Part shown: piece after piece, positions 41,899-53,064 of the stretch
Layout: the number at the start of each line of letters is the position of its first letter
Position numbering within the stretch: the stretch's first letter is position 1
Assembly: GCA_963714275.1 (NCBI GenBank)
Contig: CAVQNT010000002.1
Span: 64,001-128,000, forward strand
Reading direction: 5' to 3'
DNA length: 64,000 nucleotides
Origin: Candidatus Bathyarchaeota archaeon
GTDB lineage: Archaea; Thermoproteota; Bathyarchaeia; Bathyarchaeales; DTEX01
Made by a program: the position numbers and the translations under genes
The notes under the pieces: model-generated
Databases searched by the model: none
Seen by the model: the letters and a program-made list of their open reading frames with translations, nothing else
Told to the model about the DNA's origin: nothing

Positions 41899-42525
41899 TT
41901 AAACCTTGTGAGGAAAATGGTCTGAAAGTTTACGCTTGTCGTTGTCTACGGAGTAGACGATGCCACCTTGTTCATCCCTTTTACCATACGGGTATGGAGC
42001 AGGTTCCATTGTGTGGGGTTTTGGGGTAATCTTGAGTCCTATGTACGCCGCAGCTATGGCGCTGACTGGATCGATGGCATAAATTAGTATGTCCAACAAT
42101 GTTGGTACTTGGTGTAGTTCATCGTACACTTCAGGCATCTGACCTGCTAAATCTATCCACGACATGTTGCTGAAGTATAGGGATGCTATATTTATGACAT
42201 TGATTATGGCGTCCGAAAAGATGTACACGGCAAGAGCGATTGTTATGGCTTCATCAAGTCTTCTGGTTTTGAAAAGAAAAATTGACACTAAAGCTCCGAC
42301 GAATGAGGGAAGGAAATACAGTTTGATTCCAGACGGAGTGAAAGAACCTATCATGATTGCGAGGAAGGCTCCAAGCAAGCCTGCTTCTAGAAGTTTTATT
42401 GTCGGAGCAGCTATGGGAATGGGTATTTCGCGTCTTCTCCTGATTGTAGCGCCACAGTTTGGGCAGTATTCAGCTCCGTTTGGTAGAGGTAATCCGCATT
42501 TTTCACAGTTTGCCACATAAATCAC
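41899..42525 (-). CDS. Zinc-ribbon membrane protein
   Basis: CEKCG..CPNCG followed by 4 TM segments. Confidence 0.75.
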   Translation of the reverse strand: MIYVANCEKCGLPLPNGAEYCPNCGATIRRRREIPIPIAAPTIKLLEAGLLGAFLAIMIGSFTPSGIKLYFLPSFVGALVSIFLFKTRRLDEAITIALAVYIFSDAIINVINIASLYFSNMSWIDLAGQMPEVYDELHQVPTLLDILIYAIDPVSAIAAAYIGLKITPKPHTMEPAPYPYGKRDEQGGIVYSVDNDKRKLSDHFPHKV

Positions 42526-42849
42526 CGACTTTTACTTTGTTTCCCGTATCTTCTATACAACGGTTCCGCATTATTAAAACTTCTTGCTTTCCCAAATTTT
42601 GCATCCGTACGTCGTTGGCGTTAAGAATAAGGGGTCTGTTTTCGGTTTTTGAGGAGCATGCAACGTTGTTTTATTGTTGGGGGCTTCGTTGTCTAGGCAG
42701 GCAGTCAAAATCTTAGGTCTGAACTATGTGTGTTCTTGTTTCACACGCCAATCCTAATACATGAACAAACTGCTTATCGAAAGTTCATAGGATGAATATG
42801 AAATGAAAAACCATATTAAGAATAGAAAAGCGCTAAGCAATGTTGTCTC

Positions 42850-42869
42850 AGCTAGCTAGCTAGCTAGCT
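42850..42869. repeat. (AGCT)5 palindromic microsatellite
   Basis: Read directly from the sequence. Confidence 0.9.
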
Positions 42870-42991
42870 GAGCTTATGATGATCTTGGATGCTATAGAGT
42901 TAAGTAGGTTTGTTATGATAGATAGGAGAAAACAAGTTCTAGTCAAACGCGAACCACTAAGAAATATAAAAAAACCAAAAGAGAAAAGAAA

Positions 42992-43141
42992 ATGAAGAAA
43001 GTAGCAAAGGAAAGAAAAAGAGGGGAAAGGGCTCTTAAAAGATGGAAGAAGAGAAGTTGGTTAACGAAGAGTCTAAAGAATAAGAGAATTTCTCTAGATC
43101 TAGTAAGGAGAAAAGCTGAACAAGAACAAGTAAAACCATAG
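42992..43141 (+). CDS. Small Lys/Arg-rich protein (49 aa, possibly longer across an indel)
   Basis: MKKVAKERKRGERALKRWKKRSW... Confidence 0.35.
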   Translation: MKKVAKERKRGERALKRWKKRSWLTKSLKNKRISLDLVRRKAEQEQVKP

Positions 43142-43174
43142 TAAGTATAAATTTATCATCTTTTTGTCAATCAA

Positions 43175-43460
43175 AAAATCTCTTTACTTAGCTGACTAAA
43201 TGGTTTACCCATCTAAAGATTTGGGGTTTTTTATCTAAAGTTTTAGTCCATAGTCTTCTTAAGTCCCGTTGCACACCACTTGTAGTGGCGGTAAGGGACA
43301 GATAGCCTGTCAGTAACGGAAGTATAGTCGGCGGTTAGCTGTCACTGAGTCGGTTGGCTTCGGCTAACTGACGGAAACTGTTAATGACATGCTGGCTGAA
43401 AAAGAGAGTGAGCGTGTCACCCTCTCGGCACCGAACTGAAAGTTGTTTTGCGGTGTAGAA
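43175..43460 (+). ncRNA. Candidate structured non-coding RNA (family unassigned)
   Basis: At least 6 helices, G-U pairs on the + strand, C(UUCG)G tetraloop at 43358-43363, TATA-like TATAAAT at 43146. Confidence 0.5.
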
Positions 43461-43792
43461 GCACGCAAATCCGCATTACCCTACCGCTACTCATCATTTC
43501 TAGAAGAACAAGCCAAACAGGATATGGAATCCATATTCCCTTAAGCGTAGTATTTCCAGAAATGAACCTTGATAACTTCTTCTTGAACATTACAGATCCC
43601 CCCAACAACTAGCTGAGCTAGCTCACTTTGCCCTCGTATTTTTAATTTCGTTTTCAAATCCACCAAGAGGTCTTATCTTGGCGACTTTGAATCCTTGTTT
43701 GTGGTAGATTTTAGTTCTACAATCGATCGGCTGACTGATCCTTCAGTTGGGACGTTTATCTTTCAATTCACGTTCATGACATATGGAATAAA

Positions 43793-44284
43793 CTACAATA
43801 TTTTTATAGAGATATCTTTGTAGTCAGCAATCAAAGTAACCTTTGTTTTTACAACCATTGGAATGAAACCATACTTTTTAGCGAGTTTGAGCTCTTCTTC
43901 ATTCTTTTTCGATAATTGTGCTTTGTTTGTCTTAACTTCAACAACATAAAAGTCCTTTTCCTTTTTTGCCATAAAATCAAAGCTTCTTCTTTTATGTTCA
44001 CTACCAACATTTTTAATAAAAGATGGATGTGGGGTTTTTATATAAATCCTGTTTAAAGCTTCAATTAGATTGATAAAGTCTTCCTTCTTAGAACCCAAGA
44101 AAACTTTTGTCATCTTAACCAATGGTGAAATATCGCTCGCACGCACGATATGCGGGACAAATATGCACAAAGCTTCATATCTCATGACCGTGAATCCTTC
44201 CTTTTCCAAAAATTTTCTTACAAGTGTCTCTCCAATTTGACCAATGTAATTAGAGAGGTGTTGCCTACCACCGATAGTAGACAT
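43793..44284 (-). CDS. PD-(D/E)XK superfamily nuclease (Hjc/YraN-like core with insertion)
   Basis: GQIGETLVRKFL, FDF and VVEVKT motifs. Confidence 0.75.
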   Translation of the reverse strand: MSTIGGRQHLSNYIGQIGETLVRKFLEKEGFTVMRYEALCIFVPHIVRASDISPLVKMTKVFLGSKKEDFINLIEALNRIYIKTPHPSFIKNVGSEHKRRSFDFMAKKEKDFYVVEVKTNKAQLSKKNEEELKLAKKYGFIPMVVKTKVTLIADYKDISIKIL

Positions 44285-44294
44285 TATAAAAACC

Positions 44295-44920
44295 TTATCC
44301 CTTCTCCTTTCGGATCGATGATAGTTTGAACAGATAGCTAATGAATTCAGGTCTCCCTACTGGAGCAAAATCAATGAAGAGATCATAATGGTAGTATATG
44401 AGTACATATAGAGCAGCCAGAGATTTCAAAGCAATTAGCAGAGTGCGTCCTTCAGATTGCTGTACTTGTCATGTTTGAGCCTATTGTAGACATTCCACCA
44501 ATCTGGCTTTTTTTCTTCAAAAGGCGTCACGCGATCATCAAGTTCTTTTATTTCGACTATAGCCTCAGCGATATCAGGGCCAACTTCACTCAATAAGTCA
44601 CGGTACTTTTTGAAAGAGAGACTTCGAGGAGGACTTTGCTTTCTGAGGCATCGTTCCTTCTCAAGCAGTTCTTCTCTCCGTTCACGGTGACGTACAATAC
44701 GTTGGCATGGGTTAGGAAAAACAAGCAGATCAAACGAACTTATGACCTCAGGCCCCGTTTCCAATATGATTTCAACAAGCTTCAGAGAGTAGACGTTTAG
44801 ATGTTCGGAATCCAACGGGACGTAATCCAAGAAATCTCTCAGTTTTCTTTCTATAGCGTAGAACATCTTTTGTGAGAGCATCATCCTCTTGTTGAATTCA
44901 TCATGATCGTATTTGGACAA
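44295..44920 (-). CDS. Hypothetical helical protein, possibly HEPN-like (indel near 44447)
   Basis: DFLDYVP..NVYS..E, WWNVYNRLKHDK; continues TLLIALKSLAALY...KG*. Confidence 0.55.
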
Positions 44921-45118
44921 GATCGATTGATCCCCACCTTACAGAGTATTCCTCGAACTTACTCTTATATACGCAATTGTTGAAGCATCATTCCTAAAAT
45001 CATATAAGGGGGTTATCAGTAAGGCCTTAGAAAAAGCCGAATCTTAACCTTTTTATATTCGCCTAATCTATTGGTTTCTTTAATCCGATAAATCTTTCCA
45101 GAAGGTTGAAAAGTAAAC

Positions 45119-46417
45119 GTGCCAGAACAAGCTAAAGAAGACCTAACCGAAGAAGCCCTGCATAAGGCAGTACGCCACAAACATGACGAAAAGCACAATT
45201 GGCCACAACCAAGCATCAACATAGGCACAATAGGACACGTTGACCACGGAAAAACGACGCTGGTTGAGTCGCTGACCGGAGTGTGGGCTTCGAGACATAG
45301 CGAAGAATTGAAAAGAGGAATAACAATCAAACTCGGTTACGCAGACGCCGTGATCTTTAAGTGCCCAAAATGCGAAAGCCCACGTAACCTTTCAACTCAC
45401 GAAACCTGCCCAAAATGCGGATCAAAAGGCGTGTTCGTTAGGGCTCTAAGTTTTGTCGACGCACCCGGGCACGAAGCGTTGATGGCAACGATGCTTTCCG
45501 GCGCAGCGGTCATGGACGGCGTAATCCTCGTGATTGCAGCGGACGAGCCTTGTCCCCAGCCTCAGACCCGCGAACACCTCGCAGCCATCGAGATAATCGG
45601 AATCAACAAAATAGTCATCGCCCAAAACAAGGTTGACCTAGTAAACAAAGTCCGCGCCCTGAAAAGCTACAACGAAATAAAAACATTCACGAAAGGAACA
45701 GTGGCAGAAAACGCGCCAGTCATCCCAATTTCAGCCCAGAACCAAGTCAACATAGACCTCCTCCTTTACGCCATAGAGAAACAAATACCGACGCCCCAGC
45801 GGGACCCCACGAAACCGCCCAGACTCCACGTGGTCAGGTCGTTCGACGTGAATAAGCCGGGAACTGTGATCGACAATCTCACAGGCGGCGTAATCGGTGG
45901 CACAATCTATCAAGGCGTCTTCAAGGTCGGCGACGAAATCGAAATCCGCCCAGGAATCACGAAGACACAGTCAAGCTCGTACGAGCCACTTTACACCAAG
46001 GTTGTCAGCCTTCACGCTGGCGGACGCCAAGTCAAAGAAGCCTATTCAGGAGGACTTGTCGGCGTGGGAACGCTTCTGGACCCATCGTTGACTAAGGCTG
46101 ACGGGCTAATCGGAAACATCGTTGGCAAGCCTGAGACTCTTCCGCCAACACGGCTTGAGATGTTTCTGGAATTCCATCTTTTCAAGCGAGCCGTAGGAAC
46201 CAAAGAAATGCTTGAAGTCAAAGAAGTCAACGTAGGCGAAGTTCTCCTCTTAGACGTCGGAACAGCCCCCACAGTCGGAAAAGTTGCGAGTATCAAAAAG
46301 CACGTGGCTGAGCTTCAACTCACACGTTCAATATGCGCGGAAGACAACACCCGCGTAGCTGTGAGCCGAAAGATTCTAGGAAGATGGCGGCTAATAGGGT
46401 TCGGAATTATTAAATAG
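45119..46417 (+). CDS. eif2g: Translation initiation factor 2 gamma
   Basis: GHVDHGKTT, RGITIKLGY, Zn knuckle, DAPGHE, RWRLIG. Confidence 0.97.
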   Translation: MPEQAKEDLTEEALHKAVRHKHDEKHNWPQPSINIGTIGHVDHGKTTLVESLTGVWASRHSEELKRGITIKLGYADAVIFKCPKCESPRNLSTHETCPKCGSKGVFVRALSFVDAPGHEALMATMLSGAAVMDGVILVIAADEPCPQPQTREHLAAIEIIGINKIVIAQNKVDLVNKVRALKSYNEIKTFTKGTVAENAPVIPISAQNQVNIDLLLYAIEKQIPTPQRDPTKPPRLHVVRSFDVNKPGTVIDNLTGGVIGGTIYQGVFKVGDEIEIRPGITKTQSSSYEPLYTKVVSLHAGGRQVKEAYSGGLVGVGTLLDPSLTKADGLIGNIVGKPETLPPTRLEMFLEFHLFKRAVGTKEMLEVKEVNVGEVLLLDVGTAPTVGKVASIKKHVAELQLTRSICAEDNTRVAVSRKILGRWRLIGFGIIK

Positions 46418-46470
46418 ACTTGAGCCTCAACATTTTTATTAAAATCTCCAAATTGAGTGAGGAGTGCGTC

Positions 46471-47574
46471 TTGAACCAGAGAGAACGTTTCCTCAGAACA
46501 TACCAGTTCAAAGAAGTTGACAGAGTTCCCGACTACGAGTTCGGGTTCTGGACCGAAACAATCGACAGGTGGCACAAGGAGGGTCTTCCCCAAGAGAAAC
46601 GGGACATGCGCGACATCGAGCTCTACCTCGGGCTTGAAGGCTGGGACTGCATGGAAATGCTACCCGTTAGAACCACGTTCTGGCCACCCTTACCCGGCAG
46701 GATAATCAAAGAGGAAGGAAACCGAGCAACCGTGGACGACGGAATGGGCGGCATTTATGTAAGCCCAATTGGAACTTCATCGCCCCCGCATTATCTCCGT
46801 CACCCCTTAAAGAACAGGGAGGACTGGGAAAAGCTAAAGCCCTTCTTCGACCCTGACACGCCTGGACGTTTCCCACTGAACTGGGACGAAGTTGCCGAGA
46901 GCTACAAGGACCGTGACTATCCCTTGGGAATCTTCATCGGCAGCTTTTATGGCTGGCTTAGAAACTTCATGGGCGTAGAAAGAATATCAATAGCGTTCTA
47001 CCGTAAACCCGACTGGATAGCTGAAATGATGGATACTTTAGTGGATTTGTGGATCACCACGATACATAAAGCATTACGAAAGGTCAAGGTGGACTATGCA
47101 ACTTGGTGGGAAGACATGTGCTACAACAGGGGTCCGCTCTTGTCCGTCCATCACTTCGAAGAATTCATGGTTCCCCGATACAAAAAAGTCACCGACGTCC
47201 TGAAGGAGTACGGCGTTACCATCAACGTACTTGACTGCGACGGAGACATAACTGTGCTTGTTCCAGGCTGGCTTAAAGGCGGTATAAACTGCATGTTTCC
47301 CGTTGAGACCCGCTTCACAGACATGTACAAATTACGTGAAAAGTTTGGACGCCATGTACTGTTTCTGGGAAACGTTGACAAATTTGCCTTGATTGCAGGA
47401 GAAAAAGCAATAGACAAGGAACTGAAACGGTTAACCCCGATGCTTAAGGACGGCGGCTTCATCCCACTTGTGGACCACAGGTGCCCGCCTGAAGTCTCCT
47501 ATCAAACCTACAAGTATTATTTGGCAAAGAAGCGGGCGTGGATCAGCAGAAAAGATGCGCCTCCGTTGCTATAG
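46471..47574 (+). CDS. Uroporphyrinogen decarboxylase / MtaA-like TIM-barrel protein
   Basis: N-terminal RERF..DRVP; WEDM, DCDG, GNVD, GGFI..DH; TTG 46471 follows GAGGAG. Confidence 0.85.
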   Translation: MNQRERFLRTYQFKEVDRVPDYEFGFWTETIDRWHKEGLPQEKRDMRDIELYLGLEGWDCMEMLPVRTTFWPPLPGRIIKEEGNRATVDDGMGGIYVSPIGTSSPPHYLRHPLKNREDWEKLKPFFDPDTPGRFPLNWDEVAESYKDRDYPLGIFIGSFYGWLRNFMGVERISIAFYRKPDWIAEMMDTLVDLWITTIHKALRKVKVDYATWWEDMCYNRGPLLSVHHFEEFMVPRYKKVTDVLKEYGVTINVLDCDGDITVLVPGWLKGGINCMFPVETRFTDMYKLREKFGRHVLFLGNVDKFALIAGEKAIDKELKRLTPMLKDGGFIPLVDHRCPPEVSYQTYKYYLAKKRAWISRKDAPPLL

Positions 47575-47658
47575 GTCTTTACTTCAGTCTCGAGCTCTCA
47601 GAGATTTTTGCGAGCCACAAACTTTTTCTAGTCTAGTCGTCATTACGTAAGGAAAACC

Positions 47659-47844
47659 TTGAAGAAAAATAGAGATGGGAAGAAGCCGAAGGACAAAACA
47701 AAATGGACACTTCGGTGCCCTGTATGTCTCAGTTCAAGGAATGATCTTTGGCTTGGAGGTAAGGGTGGGCTTCAAGTGCGTAAGTACCTTGACTGTGGTT
47801 ATGTTGGCGCTGCTTTTGTGAGTGTTAAGGAGAACACTTCGTAA
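47659..47844 (+). CDS. Small zinc-ribbon-like protein (degenerate)
   Basis: CPVC...DCGYVG. Confidence 0.4.
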   Translation: MKKNRDGKKPKDKTKWTLRCPVCLSSRNDLWLGGKGGLQVRKYLDCGYVGAAFVSVKENTS

Positions 47845-47945
47845 TCTGAAGAACGACAGTTTTGCTGAAATGTTCCTCGGCGCCAGAATGTTTTAAGTAA
47901 GCAATCTTGATAGATTAGTTCATCTGATTGACGAGTTGAAACTCA

Positions 47946-48878
47946 TGAAGCGGGTCAAGATAATGGCTCCATGCAGCTCAGCCAACCTCGGCTCAGGCTT
48001 CGATGTCTTCGGCTTGGCGTTGGAAGCGTTTCATGACACTTTAACAGCGGAGATCGCAGACAAAAACATAACCGTAAAGGTTACAGGGCTCGGAGTTAAG
48101 GAAATCCCAACTGACTTAGAAAGGAACACAGCTGGGTTAGTCGCCAAGACTCTTGTTGCAGACCGCCAAGTAGGTGTAAAAATACTTGTCGAGAAAGGCA
48201 TACCCTTGAAAATGGGGCTTGGAAGCAGCGGAGCATCAGCAGCTGCATGCGCAGTCGCATTAAACGATCTTCTGTGCCTTGGGCTCACAAAGAACGATAT
48301 TGTAAAGACAGCAGCGATGGGCGAAGTTGCAGCAGCAGGAGCAGGCCACGCTGACAATGTCGCAGCCTCGGTTCTAGGCGGGTTCACGATGGTTCAGGCT
48401 TGGGGCAAGGATATCGTTGCGGTTCGATTGGACCCTCCACGAAACCTTGAAGTAGCGTTGGCATTACCTAGCATTGAGACTCCTGAAAACAAGACAGGCT
48501 AAGGCTAGAGCTGTTCTGCCCAAATTAGTGGGTTTCAGAGACGCTGTGGCTAATGCTCGGAATGCAGCCTCGATAGTTGCGGGGTTTCACTTCGGTAATG
48601 TTGAAATGATCGGGCGAGGCATGACCGACCTGATTGTTGAGCCAGCGAGAAAACAGCTAGTACCAGGATTTGATGCAGTAAAAAAGGCAGCCCTAAAAGC
48701 AGGCGCAGCTGGAGCAGCAATAAGCGGTGCAGGCCCAGCGGTCATCGCTGTCGTGGACTCAACGAAGTCTTCCGTGTTGAACGTGGCTTCAGTCATGAAG
48801 GAAGCCTTTGAATCCGAAGGAATAAGATGCGAAGTGTGTTGCACAAAGCCATCGTTCAGTGGCACAATTAAGGTTTAG
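47946..48878 (+). CDS. thrB: Homoserine kinase (indel near 48497)
   Basis: SSANLGSGFD, GLGSSGAS, HADN, ISGAGP. Confidence 0.9.
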
Positions 48879-48898
48879 CCTTCACGGTTGAGGTTTAA

Positions 48899-49900
48899 AT
48901 GATGAGGAACAAAAAGCCGATTATCGCCGTGACGATGGGCGACCCAGCTGGAGTAGGTCCTGAAATCGCCATTAAGGCGCTTCTGAAGCCTGAAATAAAA
49001 AACGCGTGCAAGCCTGTTTTAATTGGGGATTTAAGCATTTTACGTAGAACATCTCATCGCTTAGGGCTTAAAGTAAGCTTCAAAACATTGAGTGATCCAA
49101 AAGAAGCTTCAGGAGGAGAAGGCGTAATCGAAGTTGTGGACATGAAGAATGTGGATTCAGGTTCTTTTAGGATTGGTGAAGTTTCCGTTGAAGGGGGACG
49201 AGCCGCAATCCAATACATCGAGAAATCAGCGGAATTAGCTCTAAACAAGCAGGTTGATGCCGTAGCCACTGGACCCATTAACAAGCAAGCTAATAATTTG
49301 GCTGGAAGCCCATACATTGGGCACACCGAGATGCTGGCTACGTTTTGCGGAGTCGAAGACCCCCTAACGATGTTTTGGGTTAAGGGTGCAAGAATCTTCT
49401 TCCTAACAAGGCATCTGCCGTTAACTGAAGCCATCAAGGCTGTTAAGAAGGAACGGATTGTCGAAGCGGTCGTAAGAATTGTGGCTGAGCTCAAGAAAAT
49501 AGGCGTGAAAAAACCTTTAGTCGCGGTTGCAGCGTTGAATCCTCACGCAAGCGATGAAGGCTTAGTGGGCAGCGAAGAAGCTCAGGAAATTATTCCAGCT
49601 GTTGATGTGCTAAAGGTAAAGGGCTGCAACGTGGTTGGTCCTGTTCCCGCGGACACGGTTTTCGTTAAAGCCTTGGAAGGACATTACGATGCGGTGTTGT
49701 CGCTTTACCACGATCAGGGACACATTGCTGCCAAAACCGTTGACTTCTATGGCACGGTCAGCGTGACGCTTGGGCTTCCGTTTCTCCGCACTTCGGTTGA
49801 CCACGGGACCGCGTACGATATCGCTGGAAAGGGCTTGGCTAACCCGAGAAGTTTGGAGGAAGCCATAAAACTGGCTGCGGAAATCGTATCAAAAAAGTGA
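48899..49900 (+). CDS. pdxA: PdxA/PdxA2 family dehydrogenase
   Basis: TMGDPAGVGPE, GHTE, LNPHA, YHDQG, RTSVDHGTA. Confidence 0.93.
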   Translation: MMRNKKPIIAVTMGDPAGVGPEIAIKALLKPEIKNACKPVLIGDLSILRRTSHRLGLKVSFKTLSDPKEASGGEGVIEVVDMKNVDSGSFRIGEVSVEGGRAAIQYIEKSAELALNKQVDAVATGPINKQANNLAGSPYIGHTEMLATFCGVEDPLTMFWVKGARIFFLTRHLPLTEAIKAVKKERIVEAVVRIVAELKKIGVKKPLVAVAALNPHASDEGLVGSEEAQEIIPAVDVLKVKGCNVVGPVPADTVFVKALEGHYDAVLSLYHDQGHIAAKTVDFYGTVSVTLGLPFLRTSVDHGTAYDIAGKGLANPRSLEEAIKLAAEIVSKK

Positions 49901-49904
49901 GAAC

Positions 49905-50309
49905 TTGGAAATGGTTAAGGTAATCATCGACTCGAACTTCTTCTTTGTTCCGTTCAGGTTTAAGATCGACATATTTGAGCAACTTGACAGATTATTCGGT
50001 AAAAGCAGACCCGTCGTTCTGTCCACAACTATTGAAGAGCTTCAGCAACTCACAGCGAAAGGCCCACCAAAAATGCGTAAACAAGCTCAAGCTGCATTCG
50101 AGTACACACAAAAATGCGTGACAGCAAAGGTTGAAAAAGGTTCCAGCGAAAGCTACGATGACGTTATCCTGAGAAAAGCCAAAGACTGGAACTGCCCCGT
50201 GGCTACCAACGATGCGAACCTAAGGGAAAGGTTGAGAGAAGCCAGAGTGACAGTTGTTTTCGTCAGAAAGAAGTCTCACTTAGTAGTTGATGGTAAGTCT
50301 TTTCAGTAA
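49905..50309 (+). CDS. PIN domain protein (Fcf1/Utp24-like, DUF188)
   Basis: IIDSNF, EEL, DDVI, VATNDANL. Confidence 0.88.
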   Translation: MEMVKVIIDSNFFFVPFRFKIDIFEQLDRLFGKSRPVVLSTTIEELQQLTAKGPPKMRKQAQAAFEYTQKCVTAKVEKGSSESYDDVILRKAKDWNCPVATNDANLRERLREARVTVVFVRKKSHLVVDGKSFQ

Positions 50310-50403
50310 GCTCCCATTGTTACTGCATTTTTCATAACCAAACTTGAACCCTCAAAATTTTTAAAGCAAAAACATAATTAGCAGATATGAGGTAAACACA
50401 GTT

Positions 50404-51190
50404 TTGGTTTTATCCGTCACTCTCGAACCAGCTAAAGAAGAGGATGCTGAAACACTCGCGGACATTTCGAAAAGGGCCTTCCACAGCGATTTTGAAGTTG
50501 GCGCCCCAAATAAGGAAGGAGGTCCACCGGGATACGACTCACCTGAATTTCAAGTTAAAATTTTCATGAAATGGTTGGATTACCGCAAAATTTTGTTAAA
50601 CGGTAAAATTATGGGCGGTCTAATGGTCGAAAGGAAAAGACTAGGTCACTACGAGTGTCAACGAATCTTTGTTGACCCGAACTACCACAACCAAGGCATA
50701 GCAACAAAAGCTTTCGAGCTTGTTTGGATCATTTATCTTGATGCGAAGATTTGGACGTTGGGGACGCCTGAATGGAACATTCGGACCAAGCACTTTTACG
50801 AAAAGCTGGGCTTTGTTCAAGTAGGCTGGACTAGGGAGGCAGAATGGAGAGGACGCTATTACGAGAAAATAATGGACAACACTAAGCCTTACGTGAGGAT
50901 GAAAGTCAGCGAACTGAAGGCAGGCATAAAAGGCGTAGAAGTTGATGCAAAGGTTCAGGAAATTTCTGAGCCCCAAGACGTTCGTTCAAAAGACGGCAAA
51001 CAACTCAAAGTGGTTGAAGCGACAATATCTGATGGTACTGGGTCAATGAAGCTTGCGTTATGGGACGATCAAATCGGACAAATCATGGTCAACGATAAAA
51101 TTAGAATCTATAACGGCTATGTCACATCTTTCCGAGGACAAAACCAGCCTCAATGTAAGCAAATATGACCCACTGGTTATTCTATTGTAG
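50404..51190 (+). CDS. GNAT acetyltransferase fused to an SSB/RPA-type OB fold (indel near 51148)
   Basis: VDPNYHNQGIA, FYEKLGF; then KVSELK..ATISDGTGSMKLALWD..NGYV. Confidence 0.85.
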
Positions 51191-51234
51191 ACGACGTTTA
51201 TTCTGGCATGTTTATGTTAAATATTTTTTAGCAG

Positions 51235-51633
51235 TTAAAAAGAATCTGCGGCATATTTCTTGATGACTTTTCTTCCGGGCTCTCCCATGGGTAGGGGTTC
51301 AAGTTCGTCAAAAGAAAACCATCTTATCTCTGAGTGTTCGCTTCTATTCACGACTTCGCCCTTCCATTCCCTAACTAGAAAATAGTATAATTCAAGGGTT
51401 TCGGAAACATCATCCGTGGCAGTGGTCTTGAGCATGGTAAGAAACTTCGGATTCAACGCTTCTATGCCCAGTTCCTCATTGAGCTCCCGTTTCAACGCTT
51501 GCTCCAGTGTCTCACCTTCTTCAACCGCACCACCAAAAGTGCACCACAACCCATAGAAAGAGTCTCTCTTAAGCCTTTCACCAAGCAGAACCTTCCCATC
51601 TTTGAGGATTACTACACGTACGCCTTTTAGCAT
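51235..51633 (-). CDS. NUDIX hydrolase (MutT-like)
   Basis: GGAVEEGETLEQALKRELNEELG. Confidence 0.92.
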   Translation of the reverse strand: MLKGVRVVILKDGKVLLGERLKRDSFYGLWCTFGGAVEEGETLEQALKRELNEELGIEALNPKFLTMLKTTATDDVSETLELYYFLVREWKGEVVNRSEHSEIRWFSFDELEPLPMGEPGRKVIKKYAADSF

Positions 51634-51666
51634 GCTTTCTCATCTTCAAAAATCTTCGGAGGCGAT

Positions 51667-52962
<1,296 letters not shown>

Positions 52963-53064
52963 CTAAGCTTCAACGTGGAGAAACGCGTAAAATCTATTTA
53001 AGCGCTCCTACCGATGCATGAGAATAGTATAAAATAATGCGTGAACAGTGAGACATGGCTGAGC

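Noticed and set aside
43194-43460. Hammerhead, group I or group II intron, SRP or RNase P assignment for the structured region
   Set aside because: CTGA is not followed by NGA; group I P/Q elements, a proper domain V and RNase P/SRP conserved motifs are missing. Kept as an unassigned RNA.
43417-43608. Minus-strand 63-aa ORF or C/D box sRNA (ATGATGA)
   Set aside because: No protein motif and no D box CTGA at a suitable distance
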